Origin: Somniosus microcephalus
Lineage: Eukaryota
Assembly: GCA_052327205.1 (NCBI GenBank)
Contig: CM126202.1
Span: 444,168,001 to 444,232,000 of the forward strand
Length of the DNA: 64,000 nucleotides
Direction of reading: 5' to 3'
Made by a program: the position numbers and the translations under genes. The notes beneath the pieces were generated by a model. It made no database searches and had not been told where the DNA came from. It worked only from the letters and a program-made list of their open reading frames with translations. Shown piece by piece: positions 45,821 to 58,074 of this stretch. Within the stretch, counting starts at the first letter, position 1. Each line of letters begins with the position of its first letter.

Positions 45821-47814
45821 CTAATCGGCAGAGCTAACCGGCGGCAGCACCGGAGGAGGCGGCAGCACCTACGATTTCAACAACAACTGAAACCAAGGAG
45901 TGATGTCACAGGACAGCAGGCAGGTGATTGGCGGGTGAACATTAACGTATTTTCTCTCTAACCTTGGACAGTGGTTTAAACTAGGAATGGGAAACTGTAG
46001 CGTACTTTATTAAATTTATAACTTAACTAGTTAAACTTATTAATATAACTATGAATAGTCAATTAACTAGTAATAATGACTTTAACTAGTTAAAATTAAA
46101 CAGCGAGAGGAGCGGGATCAGCTATTGCCCCAATTAAGAAGTAACTGTCTCTCTTTGCTGACATCCACTTTGGGGGTCAGGGAAGGACATAATTCAGGAG
46201 GGGTGACCTACGATTTGGAAACAACTCCTGAGAGCTCGAGGAATGATCTTCCTGGGCCTATCCAAGGCAGTGTATTCAAAAATCTCTCGTCTTCTGTTGC
46301 AGACTTAATGAGAATATGCGAAGGCTCATTTCTTGTAAACTGATGAAATGTAATTCAAAAATAAAATAGCTCTCCAACAGATGTATCCATTATCCAGAAA
46401 TATCAGGCATCAGAGAGAGAAGCCTAAAACTGGCATGAAAACAAGCAAACACACTTGCCCATCGCAAAATCTTCCTGTTTGAAGAGGCGTTTAACCAGAC
46501 AATATCCAGAATAACTACAAACATCAATCAGGACTGATGGGACAAGAATCAGATACACCTCACCAGAACATGGCTTCTCTATTGAGAAGGAATTCGTATC
46601 TGTGAAGGAGATATCCTAAACCACCGCAGAGAACTGGAGATTCTTGACGGAGATATATTCGTCAGGAACCCAAGGGCTGACGGTATGTGACACAGGAATT
46701 GAGAACAGAACAAAACGTTCGTCAGCGACTCTATTGTACAAGGTAATACCCATCATAGAACCTATTTACGCAAAGAGTCATTCACCATTGCATTACAAGA
46801 GGCGGGAAAAAAATAAAGTGGTACTGTTACTGTAGCCACAAGCTGTACAGTGCTACTGACCACATCAGAATTGTTCAATGGACCTTGGGGGGGAAAAAAA
46901 AGAAATAAGAAAAGTTATTAAAGGGGAACTACCATTAGGATAGGAGATTTGCAACCAAATTTAGCCGCTACAACACTTAAGAAACAGCGTGAGATTGAAA
47001 CTGCAATGTTTTCTACCAGAGAGCAATTCACGCTACAGTACAAAGCTTTCCCCAGTGGGTTGCACCAAGGCACTTGTGTATATTAGATTAGCATTGAATT
47101 TGGATAGTGTGTTAAATAATGTGGTAACATGAAACTTTATTAGCATGACACTGTTAATTTAAATGAACAAGAAACCTGTTGTTTACTTTTTTGTGCTCTC
47201 CCTAACTTTCCTCCCTTGACAAAACCATAGTCCAAGTCCTGAAACATTATTTCAGTCCTGACATTGCCTTTCATGGCAAAGTGCTTGAGACTACTTGTAT
47301 GTCGAGGGCTGGACAATCAGATAATTGTAGTGTAATATCATTCTATCTCCTATCACATCTATATTATAAACTTTCCAAAAGTAAAACATAAAATTTGAAC
47401 AAAACATTTCATTGCAAGTTCATGCCGCAGCAAATACATCATTTTTCATAGAATCGTAGAATAATACAGCACAGAAGGAGGCCATTCAGCCCATCGTGCC
47501 TGTGCCCGCTCTTTGTAAGAGCGATCCAAAGTTACATCACAAACTTGCTTCTGAATGCCCACATGACTGAATAGTTTTCAGAACATGTTGTCTTTTTCAG
47601 AAACGCACCCGATCAAACGTGGTCGTGAATCATTCTGGCCTTGCAAATGTGACAGTTTGATGCAAAACCTGCTTTTGCTTATCTTTTTAATTGAAACTAA
47701 AATGTCTTTATTTACCCCCATTCTGAATTTACCAACTTCAAGAGCTGGTCACCCAACTCCCTTTGTTTAATCAGTAGCAGTTGGAAGCCAGTAAGCAGTG
47801 AGCACAAATACGAT

Positions 47815-49555
47815 GGCAAAATACTGCAGATGCTGGGGAAATCCAAAATAACAACAGAAAACGCTGGAAAAACTCAGCAGGCCAGGCAGCATCGGTGGAG
47901 CGAGAAAAACAGAGTCAACGTTTCGGGTCGAAATCCTTCTTCAGGACTGAGAAAAAAAAGGCAGGAAATGAAACAGATTAAAAGGCAAAATAACAACAGA
48001 AAATGCTGGAAAAACTCAGCAAGTCAGGCAACATCCGTGGAGAGAAATTTGAGTTGACGTTTCGGGTTTGACCCTTCTTCAAAACTGGAGAGAAAAGGAA
48101 CTAGATCGAAGGCAGGGCTGCGATCGGACAAAAGAATAAAAGAACCAAAAGAAGTAAAAGAGATTAGAAGCTAGACGAGATGGTAATAGGCTGTGATTAG
48201 GTGTAAAGTGTACTGGCAGGGCAAAAGATAGCTGCCAGGTGTGAGAGAGAAACAAAAGGAAAGGGGGGGGGGGGAAAGGAAAGGAGTGGAAAAATATGAG
48301 TGAAAATGAAAGGGGGCCGAGGTTATGATCTGAAATTGTTGAACTCGATATTGAGACCGGAAGGCTGCAGACTGCCTAATCGGAAGATGAGGTGCTGTTC
48401 CTCGAGTTTACGTTGAGCTTCCGTGGAACAGTACAAGAGGCCAAGGACGGTGAGGTCCGAGTGGGAATGGAGCGGTGAATTGAAATGACAGGCGACCGGA
48501 AGCTCGGGGTCACCCTTACGGACTGAACGGAGGTGTTCCGCAAAGCGGTCACCCAATCTGCGTTTGGTCTCCCCAATGTAGAGGAGACCGCATCGTGAGC
48601 AGCGAATACAGTATACTAGATTGCGAGAAGTACAAGTAAATCGCTGTTTCACCTGGAAGGGGTGTTTGGGGCCCTGGACAGTGGGGAGGGGGGAGGTATA
48701 GGGGCAGGTGTTACATCTCCTCCGCTTGCACGGGAAGGTGCCAGGCGAAGGGGAAGGGCTGTTTGGGGTGATAGAGGAGTGGACTAGGGTGTCTCGGGGA
48801 GAGCGGTCCCTGCGGAATGCTGAAAGGGGAGGGGAGGGGAAGATACGTTTGGTGGTGGGATCACTTTGGAGGTAGCGGAAATGCCGGAGGATGATCTGTT
48901 GAATGTGGAGGCTGGTGGGGTGAAAGGTGAGGACAAGGGGAACCCTATCGTGGTTCCGGGAGGGAGGGGCAGGGGTGAGGGCAGAGGTGCGGGAGATAGA
49001 ACTGACACGGTCGAGGGCAGTGTCAACCACGGTAGAGGGGAATCCTCGGTTGCGGAAAAAGGAAGACATGTCTGAAGCACTGGTGTGGAAGGTGGCATCG
49101 TCGGAGCAGATACGGCGGAGGCGGAGAAACTGGGAGAATGGAATAGAGTCCTTACAGGAAGCGGGGTGGGAGGAAGTGTAGTCCAGGTAGCTGTGGGAGT
49201 CAGTGGGCTTGTAGTAAATATTGGTCGATAACCTATCCCCAGAGATGGAGATGGAGAAGTCGAGGAAGGGAAGGGAAGAGTCAGAGATGGACCATGTGAA
49301 GGTGAGGGAAGGGTGGAAATTGGAGGCAAAGTGAATGAAATTGTCAAGTTCGGGGCGAGAGCAGGAAATGGCACCGATACAGTCATCAATGTATCGGAAA
49401 AAGAGGTGAGGGAGGGGACCCAGTTTGGGGGGCTGGGAAATGGGGGAGGGGATGAAAGAAGAGACATTAAGAGATATTCAAGGTGAGACGAGATGGTAAT
49501 AGGACAGGTAAAGAAACAAACAATGGCTCTAGATGAAGTGTGAAATGCGCTGGAA
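47815..49555 (-). mobile_element. 5'-truncated Penelope-like element (Neptune-like) with tandem pseudo-LTRs
   Basis: Two direct pseudo-LTR units at about 47815-47985 and 47986-48090, each with a hammerhead-type motif; RT and GIY-YIG frame upstream. Confidence 0.92.
48323..49420 (-). CDS. Penelope RT (from the YIDD motif) + Cys-rich linker + GIY-YIG endonuclease; partial, stop-free
   Basis: Manual extension upstream of ORF 48323..49069 reads GPLPHLFFRYIDDCIG...LPFLD...IYYKPTDSHSYLDYTSSHP...FLRLRRICS; then CKRRRCNTC, LVYCIRC...LYIGET, EQHLI, GLN. No start codon (truncated). Confidence 0.85.
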   Translation of the reverse strand, partial: GPLPHLFFRYIDDCIGAISCSRPELDNFIHFASNFHPSLTFTWSISDSSLPFLDFSISISGDRLSTNIYYKPTDSHSYLDYTSSHPASCKDSIPFSQFLRLRRICSDDATFHTSASDMSSFFRNRGFPSTVVDTALDRVSSISRTSALTPAPPSRNHDRVPLVLTFHPTSLHIQQIILRHFRYLQSDPTTKRIFPSPPLSAFRRDRSPRDTLVHSSITPNSPSPSPGTFPCKRRRCNTCPYTSPLPTVQGPKHPFQVKQRFTCTSRNLVYCIRCSRCGLLYIGETKRRLGDRFAEHLRSVRKGDPELPVACHFNSPLHSHSDLTVLGLLYCSTEAQRKLEEQHLIFRLGSLQPSGLNIEFNNFRS

Positions 49556-50084
49556 TGCATATGTGGGAATTTATATATTTCTACCACCACCCCTCCCACC
49601 CAGGCCTTTCAATCCTATATTGGCAGAGGGAAGGTAAGAAGATTCAGTAAGGTCTGTGCACAATATAGAGCGATGCTTTACGAAACCACTAAGGGATATT
49701 GAGCTGCACAAATTACGATGCCTACAAGGTATTCTATCAGGACCAAGTTAACTAATCCATCTACCATCCTGCTAAGGTTTCCTAGAGTGTAGCTATTGTG
49801 CCAATAACATGGTGATCTGAAGCAAATACAAGGCAAAGTGAGCATCAGTCACTGTGAATTAACAGTGCTTCAGATGTGAGATTTGTAAGGCTGATTTAAG
49901 AAAATGAGATACATTACTCATCGCTACTGATCTGTTCAAGACAAAGCATTTTGGCAGAATCAAAACAGGACTAATTACCACGATATAGAATGGAGGAAGA
50001 CTTCATAGACCCAATGTAGAGAACTGCAAAACTAAGGTTATTTAGCTAATGGGAGTGCTGTAATAAGGTGATAAAATGTGTGTA

Positions 50085-50475
50085 AGATCATTTGCATCTC
50101 CGCTCCTGATCCTCTAATGCCTCAAATTTAAAATTTTTGTCCTCGTCTTTCAATCCCTCCACAGCCTCACTCTTCCTATCTCCATAGCTTTCTCCACCCC
50201 TACAGCTCCTCCCACCCCATACACACTGGTCCTTTGACTTAATATATCCCTTCACCCCTCCATTGCCGGCTGTGCTTTCAGCCATCTAGCTCCAGTTCTC
50301 TGGAATTCCCTCCCCAAGTCCTTCCACTTCCCTTTTGTTCTTTAAGGCTCTAACCAAGCTTTAGATTACCTCTCCTAGTTTCTCCTTCTTTAGCTTGGAG
50401 TCTGTTTTTCCTTAGGCCTCCATAAAGAGCTTGGGCCATTCTCCTATGTTCAGGGCACTATACAAATGTACGTTT
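50085..50475 (+). mobile_element. Old L2-like 3' fragment
   Basis: Degenerate similarity to the L2 copies at 44400-44830 and 29757-30048. Confidence 0.55.
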
Positions 50476-51169
50476 TCGGGGTAGCTGTGTAGAAAGACTG
50501 TATAAGGAGAGGTGGAGTAGAAAATTGCGACCATGGTTTGAGGAAGGCATGATCGATTTGGTAGAAGTGGATGGATATGTGGTTAGGAAATGATGCTGGA
50601 CTTCAATTGAGAAATGTTAAAGACAGAGTCGAGGGAAAGAGACAAAACATTCAACAGACGCAAGGTCAGAAGGGAGATGAGGCAGCAAAAATTCACTGTC
50701 CAAAAAAACAGTCTTGAATATTAAGGATCATTACAAAATTGATCAAGTTTTTTTTAATCTAGCAAATAAGGAGGGTGAAGAGCCTAATGGGTTTAAATAG
50801 GACACAATGTCAAATATATGCAGGCAGCCAATACAACTATAGAATATAATGACACACAGGGTAAATTCACCAATCCTGTGCTCCCAGCAGGGTGGGGAGG
50901 CGGGGGGTCACACTCGAAGGAAATGTTTCAAAGACTTGGCACAGCATTATTGTTACCATACTGTTGATTCACACTCCCTCTAAATGCAATTCCTCTTGGG
51001 AATGGTGAATTTGCTCTTCGGTATCAAATCATCAAGCACAATGCACAGTACTGCAACACAACAGTGCAAAAGTCACTGACAGTGCCCCTCCTTTTATAAA
51101 CCCTCTCCTGTAGGAAAACAGAGAGTTATTTCATTACCTGTTTTTCTAGAGTAATTCATAGTGCTAAAC

Positions 51170-52810
51170 TGAAGTAAAAACAGAAAATGCTGGAAATACT
51201 CAACAGGACAAGCAGCAGCTGTGGAGAGAGAATAACCGAGTTAATGGCCCAGAAATTCGGCTCTCCACGGGTGAGTACGCACGGGGTATTCACCCGTAGG
51301 CCGAATGGAAGTGCGGGTTTTCTGCATGCACTGCGCATGCGCGGGAAACCGGCACTTCCGATCCCCTGAACGAAGGGGTTCAGAGGTCGAACACGCGCGC
51401 AGGAGAGGCTGCGCGTGCGCTTTGAACTTAGTTTTTTTTTGCAGGTTTTCACGCGAGGCTAAGCCTGCAGGATTTACACATTTAAAAAGCAGGTGTAAGG
51501 CCTGCTTTTTACAAGGTAAGTGGTCAATTAATTAAAATTAAAACATTTTTTCCACAGGTTTATTATTTTTAAATACTTTAAAGCAAGGTAAGTTTATTTT
51601 TAGCCCCGTTGTTTTATAAAATTATTTTTTTCAAAAATTAAATAGTTATTTAATGTAATTTATAGTTTATTTAAAAAGTGTGATTTAAAAAAAAAAATTA
51701 TTTGAAGGTTTACTGCTATTTTGGGGCCCATAGTATTCATAAGTTTTGACAGGTCTTCGTGTCAATCTTATGAATGGGCTTTTCCCTCCTCTGATTGGCT
51801 GCCCATGGCTCACGTGATCCCAGGGGACGCATCGCACTAACTACGTCCCTGGGACATGCAAGCACAGCATGCCGGCAGCTGGGCCAGGCCCCGGAGCGGA
51901 ATTCCACAGGGCCCTACATCTCAACTGCCGGCACGCAAGGTAAGTGCAGGTCGGGGGCTTGCACCCGCGGGAAGACCCCGACCCGAATTTCTGGGCCAAT
52001 GTTTCAGGTCGATGACCTTTCATCAGAACTGGAAAAAGTTTGAGATATAATAGATTTTAAGCAAGTATAGAGACAGGGAAAGGGGGAGGGGAGGATAGAA
52101 TGAAAGAAAAGGTCTGTGACAGGGTGGAGGGCAGGAGAGATTAAAAGACAAAAGGGATAATGCTGCAAGGCAAATGAGATGGTAATGGGACAAGTTAAGA
52201 AACAAAAGATGAGTCGAGATGAGGTGTAAATGGGAATGGCAGAATCATCAACAGCTACCATGTGAAATAAAAATAGGGGCTGAGGTTATAGTCTGAAATT
52301 GTTGAACTCAATGTTGAGTCCAAAAGGCTGTAAAGTGCCTAATCGAAAGATGAGGTGCTGTTCCTCGAGCTTACGTTGAGCTTCAGTGGAACAGTGCAAG
52401 AGGCCGAGGACGGAGAGGTCAGAGTGGGAGTGGAGCGGAGAATTAAAGTAACAGGCGACCGGAAGCTCGGGGTCAAGCCTACGGACTGAACGGAGGTGTT
52501 CCGCAAAGCAGTCAGCCAATCTGCATTTGGTCTCCCCAATGTAGAGGAGACTGCATCGTGAGCAGCAAATACAGTATACTAAATTGCAAGAACTACAAGT
52601 AACTCGCTGTTTCGCCTGAACAAAACAAAAGATGGGGTCAGAGGAGGTGAAAATGGTTACAGCAGAACCATGGCCAGAACCTGCTGTCTGAGAAAATGGG
52701 AGTGGTGGTTATGATCTGACGGTGTTGAACTCAATGTTGAGGCCGGAAGGCTGTAAAGTGCCCAATTGAACGATGAGGTGCTGTTCCTCGAGATTACGTT
52801 AAGCTTCGTT
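51170..52810 (-). mobile_element. Penelope 3' fragments (GIY-YIG + pseudo-LTR), pseudo-LTR split by a MITE
   Basis: ORF 52286..52519 FAEHLRSV...EEQHLIFRLGTLQPFGLNIEFNNF; second short copy at 52710-52812. Confidence 0.85.
51246..51997 (+). mobile_element. About 750-bp Harbinger-type MITE
   Basis: TIR GGCCCAGAAATTCGG / CCGAATTTCTGGGCC; AAT TSD (51243-51245, 51998-52000). Confidence 0.92.
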
Positions 52811-53778
52811 GGAAGTATGTATTTAAGCACTTTGAATTTCATTGGATTTTCTTTCATTTTTCAATTAAAGGAATTCTTACAAGTTTAGGTTTTACAATAT
52901 AAAGATATTGGTATACGTTTTCTCAGAAAACTGCTCTCCTCTTTGATGAATGACCCTTTTCATTTCCAAGAGCATATTGAACTTGCAACGTTTGAGATAA
53001 AGACTTTTGCTTGGAGAAAGTTTTTTTTTTAAATGAAAATAAATTGAAAATGAAAATAACCTTCAAGCTGGTGGAATATATATTTGAAACTCCTATGCCC
53101 TTGGCTGATCTGAGAAAATGACACTTGTTTATGCCTTTTTCATCTTTACTGTAATCTATTACCAATCTAAAATGGTGTTGGCCTGCTGTCATGGTTTATG
53201 TTAGCCGTGTGGTTAGCTTCTGTGCTTTGTTGTTTGAAAAATTAATTTTAACTTAAGTCTGTTCAGACTGTAGTTTGATCAAAAGAATACAGCTGCTTTA
53301 CTTCCTGTATTAACATTTAAGATCAAATTTTTTTTTAATCAGATATTAGGATCCCTGACAATCCCCAAAATTAAGGAAGCAGCTAATGCACTAAATCGGA
53401 TAGTGCAGGTAGCATGGAGTGAGGCTTTGGAGGGACTTAATAGGCAAGTACAAGGATCTGAAAATTGAGCCAAGAGACAGAAAAGCAAGAGATTAGCAAA
53501 GACAGAGGTGATTGGTGCCTGGGACTCTTTTAAGGAGCAGGCAATGACACGATGGGCCGAATGGCCTCCATCTGTGCTGTACCATTCTATGATTCAATCA
53601 ACGAAACTTGCTGCAGCAGATAGATGCCAAAGCAAACAGCAGGGTGCCAAAACATCAGTCGTATTCTACAGGAAGAGTCGCACTGAGTTCAGCCCTTGTT
53701 ATAAGAACATAAGAAATAGGAGCAGAAGTAGACCATACTTGAACCTGGTCTGCCATTCATTAAGATCATGGCTGATCT

Positions 53779-54767
53779 GATAGCAAAATACTGCGGATGT
53801 TGGAAATCCGAAATAACAACAGAAAATGCTGGAAAAACTCAGCAGGCCAGGGCAACATCCGTGGAGAGAGAAACAGAGTTAACGTTTCAGGTCGAAGACC
53901 CTTCGTCAGAACTGAGAAAAAAGCAGGAAATGAAACAGATTAAAAGGCCAGGTTGGGGGCTGGGAAATGGGGGAGGGGATGAAAGAACAAAAGGGAAGGT
54001 CTGAGAGGTGAAGAGACATTAAGAGATATTCAAGACGAGACAAGATGGTAATAGGACAGGATTGTACTTCTTGCAATCTAGTATACTGTATTCGCTGCTC
54101 ACGATGTGGTCTCCTCTGCATTGGGGAGACCAAACACAGATTGGGTGACCGCCTTGCAGAACACCTCCGTTCAGTCCGTAAGGGTGACCCCGAGCTTCCG
54201 GTCGCCTGTCATTTCAATTCACCGCTCCATTCCCACTCGGACCTCACCGTCTGCGGCCTCTTGCATTGTTCCACGGAAGCTCAGTGTAAGCTCGAGGAAC
54301 AGCACCTCATCTTCCGATTAGGCACTTTACAGCCTTCCGGACTCAATATCGAGTTCAACAATTTCAGATCATAACCTCGGCCCCTATTATATTTTTATAT
54401 ATTTTTTATCCACACCTTTGGTTTGTGCCTTTTCCTTTTTTCTCTCTCCCACATGGCAGCTGTCTCTCACTCTGCCAGCGCATTTCACACTTCATCTGGA
54501 GCCATCTTTTGTCTCTTTACCTGTCCTATTACCATCTCGTCTCATCTTGAATATCTCTTAATGTCTCCTCACCTCTCCGACCTTCCCTTTTGTTCTTTCA
54601 TCCCCTCCCCCATTTCCCAGCCCCCAAACTGGCCTTTTAATCTGTTTCATTTCCTGCTTTTTTCTCAGTTCTGACGAAGGGTTTCGACCTGAAACATTAA
54701 CTCTGTTTCTCTCTCCATGGATGTTGCCCTGGCCTGCTGAGTTTTTCCAGCATTTTCTGTTGTTATT
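53779..54767 (+). mobile_element. Penelope-like insertion: inverted pseudo-LTR + GIY-YIG end + pseudo-LTR
   Basis: Inverted arms about 53812-54060 / 54520-54767; ORF 54045..54374 LVYCIRC...CIGET; 14-bp TSD ATCATGGCTGATCT (53765-53778, 54768-54781). Confidence 0.92.
53877..53913 (-). ncRNA. Minimal hammerhead ribozyme motif (intact)
   Basis: AGTT-CTGACGA-A-GGGTC(TTC)GACCT-GAAA-CG-TT-AACT. The partner on + at 54667-54702 has a G>A change in stem III. Confidence 0.78.
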
Positions 54768-55259
54768 ATCATGGCTGATCTTCTACCTCAACTCCACTTT
54801 CCTGCCGGATCCCCATATCCCTTGATTCCCTTAGTGCCCAAAAATCTATCAATCTCAGCCTTGAATATACTCAACGACTCAGCATCCACAGCCCTCTAGG
54901 GCAGTGAATTTCAAAGGTTCATAACCCCCTGAGTGAAGAAATTCCTCCATCTCAGTCCTAAATGGCCGACCACTTATCCTGAGACTGTGACCCCTCGTTC
55001 TAGACTCTCCAGCCACGGAAAACAGTCTCTCAGCATCAACCCTGTCAAGCCCTGTAAGAATGTTTTATGTCAAATCCCCATGGCAGCTTGGGAGGATCCT
55101 GAAGCATAAACATTCAGGGCGATAGTCTCATATGGTGCCGCAGGCAGAGCTATGCTCAGGGTGGATTGGCCTTCCAACTCTTTGTGATGGCACAATCCAG
55201 TGTGCATCTCCCTGGGTAACAGCGGGCATTGCTTGCAGTGCTGTGCTGTCACATCTAAG

Positions 55260-55605
55260 TACAGAAAACTCTTTGGTATCCGGCACCTACGGGACCGGGA
55301 TGGTGCCAGTTGATTAAAAATTCCGGATAACGGAGAGGTATAACTACCAAGGTACGAGAGCCCCATTACACAGCACACCAGTTACATGGCCACAGATCCA
55401 GGAGTCCCTGTTACAGGGCCCCAGCTGCAGGAACCCCGGTTACACGGCCACAGATCCAGGAGTCCCTGTTACACGGCCACAGGTGCAAGAACCCCAGTTA
55501 CATGGCCACTAATATACAGTAAAACTTACCTGAACCTACTCCTGAATTTTGCCGGTTAATAGAGATTTCTGGAGTTAGGTGCCGTTTAAACGAGAGTTTC
55601 CTGCA
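55260..55605. mobile_element. Possible Tc1/mariner (Tigger-like) MITE with internal short tandem repeat
   Basis: TACAGAAAACTCT ... AGAGTTTCCTG ends; about 30-bp repeats GTTACA(C/T)GGCCACAG at 55380-55510. Confidence 0.45.
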
Positions 55606-55937
55606 GCTGATGCTGAGGTGGTGGATGTACTTCGGTTGGGCAGTGGGGGGGTGTGGGGACGTCTATGTGCTCTGCATTCTGTGCCTATGTATTAAACACA
55701 AACATTGCTCAATCTGGAAACTGTGCTGGGTTTACTGCATCCCCATTATTTTAATTGAAAGTAAAAGCAGACAGTCACTAGAGTATTTGAGTAGAGGTCA
55801 GCAATAAACAGACCATAATTGGCCATAACAAACACAATATTAGCAAAAACTAATTCCTGTAGGATCTGTCCTTAGTTTGTAACTACTGGAGATCTTCACC
55901 TTCTGTCTGCAGCGGCAGTCCCCATTGCTACCTGAAT

Positions 55938-56930
55938 AGCCCCAGCTATTCACAATATATATCAATGATTTGGATGAGGGAACCAAATGTAATATTTCCA
56001 AGTTTGCTGATGACACGAAACTAGGTGGGATTGTGAGTTGTGAGGAGGATGCAAAGAGGCTTCAAGGCGATTTGGACAAGTTGAGTGAGTGGGCAAATAC
56101 ATGGCAGATGCAGTATAACGTGGATAAATGTGAAGTTATCCACTTCGGTAGGAAAAACAGAAAGGTAGAGTATTATCTAAATGGTGTTAGATTGGGAAAT
56201 GCTGATGTACAAAGGGACCTGGGTGTCCTTGTACACCAGTCACTGAAAGCAAACATGCAGGTACAGCAAGCAGTTAGGAAGGCAAATGGTATGTTGGCCT
56301 TCATTGCAAGAGGATTTAAGTACAGGAGCAAGGATGTCTTACTATAGTTGTACAGGGCCTTGGTGAGACCACACCTGGAGTACTGTGTGCAGTTTTGGTC
56401 TCCTTACCTAAGAAAGGATATACTTGCCGCAGAGGGAGTGCAGCGAAGGTTCACCAGACTGATTCCTGGGATGGCAGGACTGTCGTATGAGGAGAGATTG
56501 GGTCGACTAGGCATGTATTCACTAGCGTTTAGAAGAATGAGAGGGGATCTCATTGAAACGTATAAAATTCTGACAGGGCTAGACAGACTGGATGCAGGGA
56601 GGATGTTTCCCTTGGCTGGGGGATCTAGAACGAGGGGTCACAGTCTCAGGATACGGGGTAGGACATTTAGGACTGAGATGAGGAGAAATTTCTTCATTCA
56701 ACGGGTGGTGAACCTGTGGAATTCTCTACCACAGAAGGCTGTGGAGGCCAAGTCACTGAATATATTTAAGAAGGAGATAGATAGATTTCTAGACACAAAA
56801 GGCATCAAGGGGTATGTGGAGAGAGCGGGAATATGGTATTGAGATAGAGGATCAGCCATGATCATACTGAATGGCGGAGCAGGCTCGAAGGGCCGAATGG
56901 CCTACTCCTGCTCCTATTTTTCTATGTTCT
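55938..56930 (+). mobile_element. CR1 3' fragment (RT from just before FADD to the end; one stop at 56345)
   Basis: ORFs 55970..56347 and 56348..56842; 3' UTR. Confidence 0.95.
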
Positions 56931-58074
56931 CTAATGAGTTTAGCATCTATGGCAGTGTCTGCTTGGCCAAAGTTAGCACACGGAGAGAATTTACATCAAT
57001 CCGCTAATGGATTAAAAAGAAAGATAGTTAGACTTGAATGTCTTTTAATGCACACTCATTGGGATAAAAAGAAAGAAAGACTTGCATTTATACAGTGCCT
57101 TTCACGTCCCAAAGTGCTCCACAGTCAAGTGTAGTCACTGTTGTAATGACTCAGAGGCAAAAATGCTACCCAGTAAGCCATGGCTAACATCCCCAAATAA
57201 TTAAATACTGGAGCTACACAACTGCAATAAAAATATATGTTCCCATTTTCAAATGTTATTAAAAGTCCCTTAAGTAAAGCATTTACAATAACAATTCAAA
57301 TTTTTGAAAAATAATTTTAAACATTTCAATCCGGGCCAAAATTTACAAAATAAGTGTTTGTGCATGAGTTTTATTTTTAAATTTTTAATTTAAGATTTAT
57401 ATTGACCCTTACACTGGTGAAAGCAGGCCCGAGGCCTGCTTTTACCAGGCATAAGGGTTTCGTGGACATTTGCTGGGCGGTAGTTGGGCAGATAGACCAA
57501 CTCTGTGCTAGCGGAAGTGATTTTTGGGTTGGTGCGTGCCTTGACAGATCGCAAGTCCCAAGTTTTCGCGCACGCGCGGCGCATGCGGATACCCGGAACT
57601 TGCGTGGTCTTTCAAATGGATTACGACGGCGTACGCCGGCATTGAGAGCGCAAAATCTGGGTCACCATCTTGGTAAATTCTAAGAGTTCACAGAACAATT
57701 GTTTACCACCTATGCCTTCTATTCCAGTCAATATTGGTTAAAAAAGAAAACCAAACAAATGCAGACTGCTTTTTTCATTGCTAGTTTTCTGTATTGTTTT
57801 CAGGAAGATTCTGACTTGGGAAGTATGAAAGGATCCAACTTTTGTTATCCAGCTAAGGAATCATGGCCTAAAAATCAAGTGTGAACAAAAAATCATTGGG
57901 CTGCAAGAATGAATTATTCAGGAGATTCTAACACAATTTGCCGGTGATGAAATCTAATTAAATATATGTCGAAGTGATTCCACAGCAGCTTAGTGCAGAG
58001 AACTGTACCACGTCAACACAAAATGAATAATAATAAAATGAAGTAACCCGAAAGGAAACCGACAACAGACACAA

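Larger units (their letters stand above)
53700..55070 (-). mobile_element. CR1 3' fragment hosting a Penelope insertion
   Basis: Tail at 53700-53778 resumes at 54768-55070. Confidence 0.85.

Noticed and set aside
48784-49599. 271-aa Pro/Ser/Thr-rich ORF
   Set aside because: Alternate frame over the C-rich Penelope RT coding strand.
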